Shown here piece by piece: positions 39,501 through 51,099 of a DNA stretch of 64,000 bases. This DNA comes from Podarcis muralis. Taxonomy: Eukaryota. Location of the stretch: the NCBI RefSeq assembly GCF_964188315.1, contig NC_135667.1, positions 20,894,001 to 20,958,000 of the forward strand, written 5' to 3'. Positions within the stretch are counted from its first letter, which is position 1, and the number at the start of each line of letters is the position of its first letter. Position numbers and translations under genes: made by a program. The notes under the pieces were generated by a model, which did not search any database, was not told the origin of the DNA, and saw nothing but the letters and a program-made list of their open reading frames with translations.

Positions 39501-42099
39501 TGTAGCCTAAGATTATTCTCATTTTGCATGTCCTGACTCTTCTAGATTGTGTTTGTGTGTGAGAGGGTGTCCAGTTTAGGGTGCCATGTCCGAAGGACCT
39601 CCAATCCTGGAACCAGCTCTGCATCCTTTAGAGAATGGGACAAAAGCCAGCCCAGCTTATGAGATGGACATCTTCATGGAGCACGGTCTTTTGCAGTGGA
39701 AACAGAACGCGGTGCAGCTCACAATATAGATCAAGGTTGGTGAGCCAGCAGCTCAAGGGCCAAATCCAGCCGCAGTCAATATTTTGTCTGGACCATAATA
39801 ACCCATGAGACTGACCTTAATGGTACCAGTGCGTATTCCTGCTGCAACCCGTGTCCCTTCATTATTGAACTGGCAGCAAAGAAGCTGATCTCCACAATCT
39901 CTGTTGAGGAAGGGAATATATGCCCAGATTATTTGCATTTATTTATTTAGTCTATCTGTTAGTCATTTTTGCACTAGAATTTTAGGCTGTCTTTTAATAA
40001 AAAAACAAAAAAAACTATAGGTCTTCATATAGGCCCATAGGCCAACCTGAATGCCCTCTGGAGACTTTGATCTACAACTCACATCAGTTGATAGGAATTG
40101 TAGTCTAAAATAATTAGAGGGCACCAGGATGGGGAAGGCTGCTATAGGCCTTTATTTTTCACCTATTGGCCTTCATGTATAACAAATGAAGTTATAAATA
40201 ATGAAAGCATACGATCCACAATAAAACAAGATCAAATGACGCAGTCACTGTGCAGCCGAAAGCCACCCCGTCAAATAAAACAGATGAAGGCGACTTGATC
40301 AAGGCAAAGGACTGACAAAGACATCAGGGTTTGACAGCTTATAAAAAGCCCACAGATTTTTTTATTTTTTAATACAATTATCCAAGGGAAGGAAGCTCCA
40401 CAGGCTAGGCTGCATACACAGTATATTTAAAGCACACTTCACCCGCCCACCCTCAATATTTATGGGCAGTGTAATTTGCCGTCACAGAACTATAATTCCC
40501 TGCATGCTTAACAAACTACAGTCCCCATAATTCTTTGGATGGTGTGGGAGGAGTGTGATTTATATAGGCTTTAAATGCACAGTGTGTGTGCCGCTCTAGA
40601 TGCCACAGAAGAGAATGCTGCCACATGTCACCATCAATCTTGCTTCTGATTGCGGTGGGAGATGGTGAAAGCAAAACCATCATCAGAGGCCAGCTGGGCT
40701 TCTGGAGACAGCCCACACCCCAGCAGAGGTCACCCTGACAAGAGCCCACTAGAGTGTTTCAGTGAGCAGATGACCCAGGGAAAGCCAATGCCATGTGTTC
40801 CAGATGTTGTGGGACTACAACTCCCATCATCCCTAGCTGTTGGCCGCTCTGCCTGGGACTGATAGGGAGTTGTAGGTCTACCACATCTGGAGGGCACCAT
40901 GTTGGCATCTCCTGAGATGGACTCAGAGAGAGTGCCTTTCCTAAGAGGCCTCCAAAAACTGGAGTCAACACTAGAAGCGTGGGCAGGTTCATTTGGGGGG
41001 AGAAGGTAGTCCTTAGAGATATCCCAGATATCAGCCATGAAAGGCTGTAAATGTAATCACCAGCATTTTGAAATATGTAGGTGGTCTGGGTGAATTTTGA
41101 GGGGACAGGGGTATGTAGCATCTAGGGAGGGAAAGGCCTGCCAATTTTGTAAGGTAACCAATATACTTAAGTCTAATTAATGCACGAAGGGGTTAAAACC
41201 ATGAAGCAAGCTGTCCTGCCAGGCTTAGCTCACCTTGGCTTGGGAAGGACTCTGTAATCAAGCCTTTGTTCCCCTCCAATCCACCTGATGAACTTGGTTT
41301 GTGAAGAGGCTAAGCTGGTTGCTCCAGCTTAGGCGAATAGCTCTAATAAGCTTCTCTTGAGTTCCTATACCAATAATTTAAGAACTTTCACTACTGTGAC
41401 TATGGCAGGTTTTACTGCCTGTGCAGCTGAATGCTGTATAGAAAAGCACATGAATCTGACCTTTAGAGAGTTTGTAAGTAAACAATCTTTAATTTATCAA
41501 ATGTGTGGTCTTTTTTCTCTGCTGAGAGAAGAGGGAAGTTTTGGAATTTACAATGGCATATTTTAAAGGCCTATCTTTCTGTGCTTTACCTTGCTGCGTA
41601 TTTTGTGATTTTAAATCTCTGCTGGGGTTCTCCTCGGGAAAATTCTTCAGCATTTTAGTGCAAATTTCTCTTAATAAACCCATTTTTTCCTGCAGATTTG
41701 ACTACTGTGCACATTTTTTGCAACCAAATTATCCTAACAGAATTCAGTTCAATGTTGTTTTCACCAATAGACTCATTTTTATGCACACTTCAACCTAATG
41801 TATGCATTTTGGCAAACAGTATTTGCAAAATCAGGATAACTGAATTTCGAAGGCCATCTTTCAGTTTCCATATTATTTCAGAAAGTGCGGGTTTGATAGA
41901 TTCTGCCTTCGATGCGAATTGAATTCCCCCTCCACCCCTAATTCACACCCATTGCCCCCCTGGTTACCTACATCGTATGGAGCAGCCGGAGATCCCCGGA
42001 GATGGAGGGGCTGCTTGTGAGGTTGTCTTGAGTGTTGGTGGTGGGGTTAAGAACGCTTGGTCCTGCTATGGACAGGCGGCCCCGGCGTGTAGACTGCAT
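30510..42099 (-). CDS. Unnamed WD40-repeat beta-propeller protein, 10 coding exons, 353 aa
   Basis: Exons in transcription order: 42099-41972, 39900-39816, 38754-38619, 36699-36510, 36029-35921, 34082-34051, 33862-33763, 32891-32826, 32560-32468, 30632-30510. All are GT-AG and total 1062 nt in frame. WD motifs: KVKLWHV, GIYMYDA, DGHTSRVYALTF..ISGGWDDTVQFWS, GPHVCGDAVSID..ILTGSWRRNNTLQIWE, RGHSQIYTCHF. Confidence 0.85.
31100..31990 (+). mobile_element. 5'-truncated CR1 LINE (ORF2 RT C-terminus plus 3'UTR) in the last intron of the WD40 gene
   Basis: An uninterrupted frame FADDTKLGG..LQNDLDRL..KCKVLHLG..EKDLGV..VRPHLEYCVQFW..RRLRGDMI ends at 31911, followed by a short UTR and an (ATTCTATG)n tail. 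The open frame suggests a young copy. Confidence 0.95.
33053..33403 (+). mobile_element. Sauria SINE
   Basis: Full length; TSD TACACCCCCTGT at 33041 and 33404. Confidence 0.9.
33575..33700 (-). mobile_element. tRNA-Ala(TGC)-like-headed SINE with probable L2-type tail
   Basis: Minus strand GGCTCAGTGGCAGAGCATTCGCTTTGCATGCAGAAGGTCCCAGGTTCAATCCCC...TAGATGGACCAATGGTCT. Related degenerate copies lie near 1040-1210 (-), 42220-42390 (+) and 63265-63330 (+). Confidence 0.6.
34582..34739. mobile_element. hAT-type MITE
   Basis: Perfect 16-bp TIR CAGTGGCGTAGCGTGG / CCACGCTACGCCACTG and a perfect 8-bp TSD CGATTCGT (34574-34581, 34740-34747). Confidence 0.9.
36157..36500 (-). mobile_element. Sauria SINE inserted next to a splice donor
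   Basis: Full length; TSD CCAGCATA at 36149-36156 and 36501-36508. Confidence 0.9.
38879..39228 (-). mobile_element. Sauria SINE
   Basis: Full-length match to the other copies in the window. Confidence 0.9.
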
Positions 42100-42635
42100 T
42101 GCCCAGGGGGTATGGGTCTTTAAGGGGAGGAAAGATACTCTGTTAGGGACACTTGGGAGGGGTTGTTTTGTTTTTGAGATTCCAGTCTTCTGGACCCCTT
42201 TCCAACATTCTGAGGAGGGAGCAAAGCTCAGTGCTTTGGTGTGCAGAAAGACCCCGGTTCAATCCCTGGCCTCGCCAGTTTTAAGAAGACTGGTTGCTGG
42301 CAACGGGAGAGGCCTTTGCCTGAGAATCTGGAGAGCCACTGCCAGTCAGAGTTGACAATGCTGGGCTACATGGACATATAGCCTGACAAAGTGCAAGGCA
42401 GCGTCCTCCCTCCTTAGCATTCCCTGCCGCCCCTCTGTCGTTCATCCTTTCCCCACATCTCTCCCACTGCCCGTCCGCCTTCTGCAGGCCCTTCATCCCC
42501 ACCAGCCATTCTCCCGCTATGCAAATTACCCCCCCGCCCCATCATCCTCATGCCCCAGGTTCCCAGCTGCCCCCCAACCCAGCTGCCCCTCATCCCGGCA
42601 CCAGCCTCTCTCTTCCTCTCTCTCGGGTTCTGCAG

Positions 42636-42694
42636 CGGCTCCTAGCAACCAATGAGGGAGAAGGAAGAAGAACCCACCTGGTTGCCGTGGCAGC
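42636..42694. promoter_or_regulatory. RFX X-box-like motifs at the 5' end of the WD40 gene
   Basis: GTTGCCGTGGCAGC at 42681-42694 matches GTTGCCATGGCAAC at 12/14. CCTAGCAAC at 42641-42649 overlaps a CCAAT. A candidate non-coding-exon donor lies at 42676-42677. Confidence 0.5.
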
Positions 42695-43084
42695 CGCGAG
42701 GGGAAGCCAAAGGTTCTCAAGGAGAGCAGGGCCCTCAACGTCCCACCATCCCACTTTCTCCTCCCCTTGGGACAGCGATGGCCTGGCCCCTAGCCAGAAC
42801 GAGGTGTTCTCAGGCGGTAGACCAGGTGTGGGAAGACAGAATGGTAGAATTGTGGAGTTGGAAGGGGCCGCTGGGATCACCCAGCAGTGTTTGTGTCATG
42901 CTACCTACACGTCTTCCAAGCCAGCCTACACCCCACAAGTACAGCGCCACCGCCATTGAAGTAAGATTCAACCGACAATTCAGTTGGCTTTTGTCCATGG
43001 AGTGGGAAGGAGATGTGAAGGGAGCCTGCCTGGGCCCCTCGATCTTCATCTGAGGCCCGTCTCCTGCTCCCTCCTCTATGGGAG

Positions 43085-43237
43085 GCTCAGAGGGAGATGG
43101 GTCAGTGTGTCTGGCTGTTAACCAGAAGGTTGGTGGTTAAGCCCACTCAGGGATGGCTGTGGGCAGGATTCCTGCACTGGGGTGGGGTGAGCTAAATGAC
43201 TCGGGGTTCCTTCGAAGTCACCAGTTCTATGATTCTA
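43085..43237 (+). mobile_element. tRNA-Asn(GTT)-headed SINE with CR1-derived tail (degenerate)
   Basis: GGCTGTTAACCAGAAGGTTGGTGGTTAAGCCCACTCAGGGATG resembles tRNA-Asn-GTT; it is followed by ATTCCTGCACTGGGG...TTCTATGATTCTA. Confidence 0.65.
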
Positions 43238-43317
43238 GGTCCTTTTCAGTTGTGGCCCCTGTCTGTGGAACCCTCTCTCCAGTGGGGTCTGCCTGGCGCC
43301 TTCACTGACTCCTTTTT

Positions 43318-43543
43318 TTATATACATATACAGTGGTTAAGTACTTAATTCATTCCGGAGGTCCATACTTAACCTGAAACTGTGCTTAACCTGAAGCACC
43401 ACTTTAGCTAATGGGGCCTCCTGCTGCCGCTGCGCTGCCGGAGAACAATTTCTGTTCTCATCCTGAAGCAAAGTTCTTAACCTGAAGCACTACTTCTGGG
43501 TTAGCGGAGTCTGTAACCTGAAGCGTATGTAACCTGAGGTACC

Positions 43544-43590
<47 letters not shown>

Positions 43591-44008
43591 TTAACATATC
43601 ATTTTCAACAGTAATTAAACATACTTTTACATCTTATTCAAATTTTTGACTACCATCAATCCTGCTGAAAATTTTCCAATCTAATCTCTAAGTATGCATT
43701 TCTTATCTTCCCTATTACATTTCAAACTCATAACCAATATCTCTATCTTTTTCTACCTTGTAACACTTCGTATATTTCTCCTTACAAAACTTCTTGTAGT
43801 CCTACTAGCGTAATTTGTTGATTACAGTTGCTCTTCAAATAATTCATATACTTCTTCCAATCTTCTGTAAATCTCTGGTCCCGCAGGTTTCGAATCCTTC
43901 CTGTCATTTTGTCCAATTCTGCATAGTCCATTAATTTCGTCTGCCATTCTTCTTTCGTTGGAATTTCTTCTTGTTTCCATTTCTGGGCTAACAATACTCT
44001 TGCCGCAC
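43318..44008 (-). mobile_element. L1-like LINE 3' fragment
   Basis: ORF2 C-terminal-like peptide AARVLLAQKWKQEEIPTKEEWQTKLMDYAELDK (43782-44012). A 16-bp TSD TCACTGACTCCTTTTT lies at 43302-43317 and 44009-44024. Confidence 0.75.
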
Positions 44009-44811
44009 TCACTGACTCCTTTTTGGGCCAGGTAAATACTCACCTTCCTCCACAAGCCTTTGATGGACTGAATTGATTTTGTTCTACTGTGGATGTTATG
44101 ATATGTTTACACAACCCAAGTTGCTCAGAGGTCAGGTCGATCAATATATCATCTCTGCTAAGTGACTAGATTGACCAGAAATATTAGCTAGTTACAGTGC
44201 TTCCCCCTGCCCTTAAAAAATGTTTAGGGGTACTCTCATTTTGACTCAAGAAAATCACCATTTTATAGTTCAAATTGGGAAAAATAAATACAATTAATGG
44301 GCAAAAGTACAAAGATTCACAAAATGTTTAGGGGCATGCATACCCCTGCGTCCAGGGCCATAGCTAGGGGGTGGTGAGGTGGGGCCCCGCCAGGGGTGCA
44401 GGCAATGGGTGTGTGTGTGCAAAAATGGCTAAAAATATGTCCATAAATATAAATATAAATATTGATTATTGCCTCATAAGAAATGGTTTTTAAATAGAGG
44501 GTGAATTGAATGGGTGGGAGGGGGAATTGGATGAGAGGCAGAAAGAAGAGCTAATTTGTCTGTGGCTAGGTGGCGAATCGGGACGGTTCTGCCAGGGCGC
44601 AAGATCACCCAGCTACAGCTCTGCCTGCATCCCCCCAGGGAAAAAAAGCACTGGCTAGTTATATACTTACAGTTATTATCTTTCTTACTTGGGGTATTAA
44701 ATTTGCCTCTGCTCCCTACCCACTCCCTGCCCTGAAAAGGTTCCTTCCTTTGTATGGGAGACTGCAAAATGTCTTTTCTAAAAATTATGGCTGCCATCCA
44801 GTTCTTGCAGC

Positions 44812-45886
44812 NNNNNNNNNNNNNNNNNNNNNNNNNNNNNNNNNNNNNNNNNNNNNNNNNNNNNNNNNNNNNNNNNNNNNNNNNNNNNNNNNNNNNNNNN
44901 NNNNNNNNNNNNNNNNNNNNNNNNNNNNNNNNNNNNNNNNNNNNTGAAGAACTGGGGCAGCTCTTTTGCCCGTCCAAAGTTCTTAGTGCAAGTCAATTAA
45001 TTTAAGAAAATTGCAGGCCTAATTTATTTATTAATTAATGCATCAATTAGAACAGATGGGGGTCATTTGACTCGTATTTCATGCACTAGACAACAGACCG
45101 AATTGTGTGGCACACCTGATACCTGACTGGATGCCTCTGCCGCTGCTGCTGCTGCTGCTGCTGTTTAATGAATGCCAGAGTCTGCCGTAGATGAACGGTA
45201 ACTCTTTTACTGTCCGAAAGTGACTATAGAACATGCCTAACAATCGCACTAATGCAGTCCCTGCATTGCTTCAGTCCCTAGTTCTAGTTTCATTTTCCAT
45301 GCTGTTCCTTACAAGGCATTGCCTGTCTGGTGAGGGTTATATCTCAGCACAACTCCCACTTGTAGAAATAAACTAAAACAAACACATCAAAACAAGAAGC
45401 TCTTTACATTTTAAAAAGACAAATGCTCTTTATTTTCCTATCCACACCCACCAATGCTCTTCATCCACCACACTCCATACCTCTATAAAGATACTTTATC
45501 CACCCCCACACAAACACATATTGGGTTCACAACCTTTTTCCCCCTGGTAGAGACAGCTGCTGCATCTTAACCCAGGTACACTACAGGTGAACCTGATCCC
45601 GTCTCCCCATCCCAGTGACAGGCAGAACCTGTGCGAAAAGATATCCAAGGAAGTGGGTTGGGAAAGGGGTGGGGGGTCCCCCTGAACCCACCCGAAGCAC
45701 TCTAGCTCTAACTGTATAAAATAACATGGCTGCCCTAAAGAACCCGCTGCACTATANNNNNNNNNNNNNNNNNNNNNNNNNNNNNNNNNNNNNNNNNNNN
45801 NNNNNNNNNNNNNNNNNNNNNNNNNNNNNNNNNNNNNNNNNNNNNNNNNNNNNNNNNNNNNNNNNNNNNNNNNNNNNNNNNNNNNN
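44812..45886. other. Two assembly gaps (N at 44812-44944 and 45757-45886)
   Basis: Runs of N in the intergenic region upstream of CABP5. Confidence 1.
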
Positions 45887-46594
45887 CCCCTCCCCAAGGA
45901 ATCCAGGAACTGTAGTTGTTTAAAGGGAATTGTTGCTCTGTGGGGTGTAAACTACTGCCCCCAGGATTCTTGGGGGGGGGGGAAGCAATGTGCTTCAAAG
46001 CATGGCATGCTGGCAGCCTCACTCATTGGCCCTTGGGGTGCCTCCAGACTCTCAGTTTTCTGTGGGAGGGATCCAAGCGCTTACAGTACTGGGAAATTTA
46101 GGTTTGTGCAATTGAAGTGGATTAAAGCGCTCTGGTGCCTTAGAGCAACAAATCCACTTTTGCAGTTAGGAAAGTGACAGGAAAATGAATGGCAAAGTCT
46201 AATATGAATGGCTGATTAATAGGAAGACATATAAACACACTGTGAGCAAATCAGGGTGAATGTAATATAGATCAGAACAAATAAACAAATAAATCGACCA
46301 TCAGGAGGAGTCTCAAGTGTCCCAGAATGACCCAGCAAGAGTTCTGGATCAAATCTGCCACTAAATCCCACTCCCTCTTTCCCAGACAGCCGCAGCAGAA
46401 CCCTGCACCCCATCCCATTACTCTCTGGACCCTTCTGGCTCCTCTGCCCAGCCTGAGGAGTCCTGGCTGCCAGCTCTTACCATGCGGCAGATGTTAATCT
46501 GGGGAGGGGAGGAGGGATTTATTTTGCAGATACCACAGCCAGGAGCAGAACAAAAAGGCCTGGACAGCGGGGGTGAGGATCAGAAGTGAGGGGG

Positions 46595-46630
46595 GAGAGA
46601 TAATCCCCTTTCCCCTCTATAAAACATCCT
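46595..46630 (+). promoter_or_regulatory. CABP5 core promoter: CRX/OTX2-type site plus TATA box
   Basis: TAATCC at 46601-46606 and TATAAAA at 46618-46624, about 100 nt upstream of the ATG at 46723. Confidence 0.6.
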
Positions 46631-46722
46631 CATCCATAAGAGCCATCTCTTCTTCTGCTAAAGGGGACAAGGCGTCAGAAGGACCGTACGGAGGGTGACC
46701 AGGACACGCAGCACTCAGCGCC

Positions 46723-49700
46723 ATGCAGAACACCCTGGGACCAGCCTGCATCTTCCTGCGCAAGGGGATTGCTGAGAAACAGGGGGTATGGCCATTGCGG
46801 GGGGGGGGGACTGGGCAAGAGGGCACAGCAGCCCAGGTGGGCAGGGCAAACGGTCTGGAACGGTCAGCCAAGGCAAGGGCTGAGTTTCCATTTTCCTCTG
46901 CAAGGGAAATTAACCAAAAGTGGGGCCCGGTGGGATGAGGAGCCCCAAGGATTCCAGACTCAGCTCCACAAAGGCAGCTTGCAGTTTATGGTGTTCTGGA
47001 GGATCCAGGTCCCCGGAGGAGAAGTCTAGTGCGTTGGAGAAGCAAGAGGGAGATGGAATTCTATGGGCTTGATTTAACTTCTAGAGTGTTGGTTTGAAAG
47101 AGGCAACGCGTCTTGCATGCTGCCATCTCTCGTTCCCCTTTTGCCTCTGGCAGGCAGGGTTTTCTTATTTTTTTCCTTTTTATTAGATGGTTTCCAAAAC
47201 ATGCCCCAACTTTTCAGTCAAAATGACATGATGGGAAATGTATGCGTGTCCTGTGGGAGTACCCTTCTCACAACCTATTCTCTGTCACCACCACAGCCAA
47301 ATAGATAACCTGGCTGGGTCTCTGAATGCTGGGAAAGTATGCCAGAGAAAGGCAGTCGGGGGCTAAGCTGGCCTCAGGGGCGTTGGGTAGGAACTAAAAC
47401 ACTCGGTGCACAGGGCCACGGGGGCACAAATTAACTGCCGGGCAAATTAAAATGGTTGGGGGTGTCTGAGGCTGTCGCTGGCACTGTCGGGTGCAGCACA
47501 CCCAGTCATCTTGTGAGCAAACTTTTGTTTTTAAAAGGTTATAATAGGGAAGGCGCAGGAGACTGGGGGCGGGGAGTCTAAGGCAAAATAACTGGGACTG
47601 GGTCCTGTGAACCATCTCTTAATTCCCTCCCCCTTAGTATGAATTATCTGTCCTGTCCTACCCCAGGCTCAGTAGTGGAGCAGATTATGATATCTTGGTG
47701 TGCTGCAGCCCTAACATGCATTTAAAGCGTACCTTCCCCCAAACCTGAGAACTGTAGTTTACCTCTGACAGAGCCCAGTACCCTTAATAAACAACAGCTC
47801 CCGGGATTCCTTACGGGGAGGGAAATGTACTTTAACTATATGGTGTGTACGCATCTCTAGTGATCCTCAAGGCCCTCAGCTGCTGCCAGCTCATGGACTC
47901 ACCCTCGGTTGTACTTGCTTGAAGTTTCGGGGATGGGTCTCTGTGAATCAGAAAGCACAGTGAGATGGTCTCAGCCTTTCTCTTTCTCTCCAAACATCTG
48001 CAGCTACATGGTTGCTCCTCCACGGGCTCTGCACCTCCTGGGTTTTGTCACTGAGTTTTGGGATTGTGTAGGGTTTCTCTCTCCCTGCCGCCCCACTTCT
48101 CCGTCCCTCCATCTCACTGTGATCACTGGCTCTGTCATTCTGGGCAGCGTTCCAGTTCATTGCTGGATCCACTTTGTCCTTCTGTGTGCCTGTAAATATT
48201 GAGCTGTCAACTCAACGGGAGCATTGCTGTGTTTTTGACAGCGCGATGCAATTATTTCGATTGGCCTTAGGGAAGAGGAGCCTTTGTTTGGGCGTCGGGA
48301 AGGGTTGGGTGGAGAGACTAGTTTCGCAGTAGGGCTTTGGGGGACTTGTTTTCTACAGTTCGGGGGGAAGGAGTAGTTTCTTGTGAGGTTGAGGACTGTG
48401 AACCAAGACTTCTTCATTTCCTCCCTTCCTATGTGCCTGTATCACTATGGATGACTTTACATCTGCCTTACAGGAGCGGGAACTGGGAGCAGATGAAATC
48501 GAAGGTAAGTAGGATGGGCATTTGTGATACTTTTGAGCAGCAGCTTTGGGGTTTTTTAAAAAATTGTTCTGGGAAATTCTGAGTTGCTTTGGAAGATTAT
48601 GAGGGATTCTTTGATGGGAAGATCAGTAACGTTTGAGCTTCCCATAAAAAGAGTTTCCCAACCATGACTGACCTTCCTCTGGTGTTTAATATAAACATGG
48701 ATGAGGGAGAAATTCAATCCAGTTTGCATTTAAAGGCAAACCTACATAATTTGCACTTTCCGCAGCAACAAGCAAACCGAAACACAGCCTTCCTTTATAA
48801 GTCACACGTCTCTGAATTTTGCAGTGTAGTTCCCCAGCTAAATAATGTTTACAAAAATATTTTAGGGTAAAGTATGCATAAAAATGTATATATTGGTGAA
48901 AATGACATATATCATGGGAAATCGCTTTGCAGAAATGTCTATGTTGACCCACATTTCATTAAAACTGTGTATATCACGTGAAATTCACACTTGAAATTAC
49001 TTGAATTTCACACTAAAATGCTGGTGAATTTTCTCGAGGTCCTTTTAAAAGCACAAAATGGCAAACTGATGAGAAAAGGGAGAGAACTGTTTGGAAAAAT
49101 AAAAAACTGGGGGAAAGTGAAATGGACAGATGCGCCCATCCCTAGCCATAGGGGATATTGATTGCACACCCAGTTCATGTGGAATGATGGTGAGGCCTTA
49201 AGAAAGGGATGAGGAACCTACGGCCCTCCATCTTATTACTGGAAAACAGCTCTCATCAGCCCCAGCCAGCATGACCAATGGTCAGGGACGATGGGAGCTG
49301 TAGTCCAGCAATATGTAGAGGGCCACGGCTTCTATACCCTTGCCTTAAAGCATACCCAGAATCTTCTAGAACATGTTGGAACTCCACAGCAGGTGCTAGA
49401 GGGTTCCTCAGCAGGCCTTCCAGAGGAAGTGTTCCCTGAGGTAAAAACCTGGAAAACCAATGACACAGAGGTTTTCTTTACTCGGTTATTATTGCTACCC
49501 TTGCTGCTACTCTTGCTGCTCCCGTTTTGCAAAAACAGAGCTCCGTGAGGCCTTCGATGAGTTTGACAAGGACAAGGATGGCTATATCAGCTGCAAAGAT
49601 TTGGGCAACCTCATGAGGACAATGGGGTACATGCCGACTGAGATGGAGCTTATCGAACTGTCGCAGCAGATCAACATGAATCGTAAGTGCCTGGTCTCCG

Positions 49701-51059
49701 AGGACTGGGTTGAATATTTCAATAAAGAATGGTGCTGGACTGAAGATACAAGGCAGCCTTCCTCAGCTAGCAGCCCTCCAAAAGTCTTGGACTACAACTC
49801 CCATAATCTCTTACCATGAACAATACTAAGCAAGGGCTGCTGGGAATTGTAGCCCAAAGCGTATTGAAGACCTCAGGTTGGGGAAGGCTGACGATGGGAA
49901 GGAGTCCTGGTATCACTACCTGGGTCTCCAATGGGTGTTGGCTCTAACATAAAGGATGGCCACTGTCAGCTTGCCTGGGATTCAACCAGCCCTTGACTTC
50001 TCTGCCATTTCAGAGGGGAAAGAGGTTTGTGTGGAGCCGGTGGTAGGCAGCAGTGAGGCAGCTTCCTGTGTGATGCAGTGGCTGGACTTCAGGCTCACCC
50101 ACAATTCTGCTTGTCCCGTGCCTAGAAAGCACAGGCCCAAAAGTCCCCCCCTCTCCCCCCAGGCCTCCAACCAACTTTGGGAAAAGACAATCCCACAGGA
50201 TGGAAAACGACAACAACACCACCACAGTAAATAGATATTATTCATAGCTAGAATGATTCTGGAGTATACACCATATTTTTCGCTCTAGAAGACGCACCAG
50301 ACCATAAGACGCACCTAGTTTTTAGAGGATGAAAACAAGAAAAAAAAGATTCCGAATCAAAAGTTGTTGAAGAGGCTTTGCGCGGCTATCCCTGAAGCCA
50401 GAACAGCAAGAGTGATTGCTGCGCGGCAGTCCCTCTTGTTGTTCTGGCTTCAGGGATAGCTGCGCAGCCTGCATTTGCTCAATAAGACGCGCACACATTT
50501 CCCCTTGCTTTTTAGGAGGGAAAAGTGCGTCTTATAGAGCGAACAATACAGTATGTTAAATACTCTGAATAATGGTTATATACACAATTGGCAGACAGGG
50601 AACTGAAAATATCTCTCTTTTATCTTTCTCTTCTTTCTTGCCCCCCCCCCCCTATTTTTTCTTTCTTTTTGATTGGGTTTCTTGTGTGATGTCTGATTTC
50701 TGGTGGCTCTCCAGTAGCATTAACTAGATGTATGTCTTAATTAATATTAATTAATACATATATATATATAATACATACACACACACACACACACGATAAA
50801 TGAAGATACATACAAGGAGCTGACATGTATGAGAGGCAGGTCAAAGTGGCTTTTCTCAGGGTGAGAGACTGAGGAAGGAGAAGCTCTCCCTGCTGGGAGG
50901 ATTCAACTCTCCATATGTGTGAAGCTTAAGGTAAAATGTTGAGTGAGGGTTCTATTTATAATTTTGTGTTTTATGAGGATCATATGATGATTCTATGAGG
51001 ATTATTATTAATGTATCTTACTTTCTTTTTCTCTTTAGTTCCCTCCCCCCCATTTGAGA

Positions 51060-51099
<40 letters not shown>

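Noticed and set aside
44474-46022. ORFs spanning N runs
   Set aside because: Artefacts of the assembly gaps.
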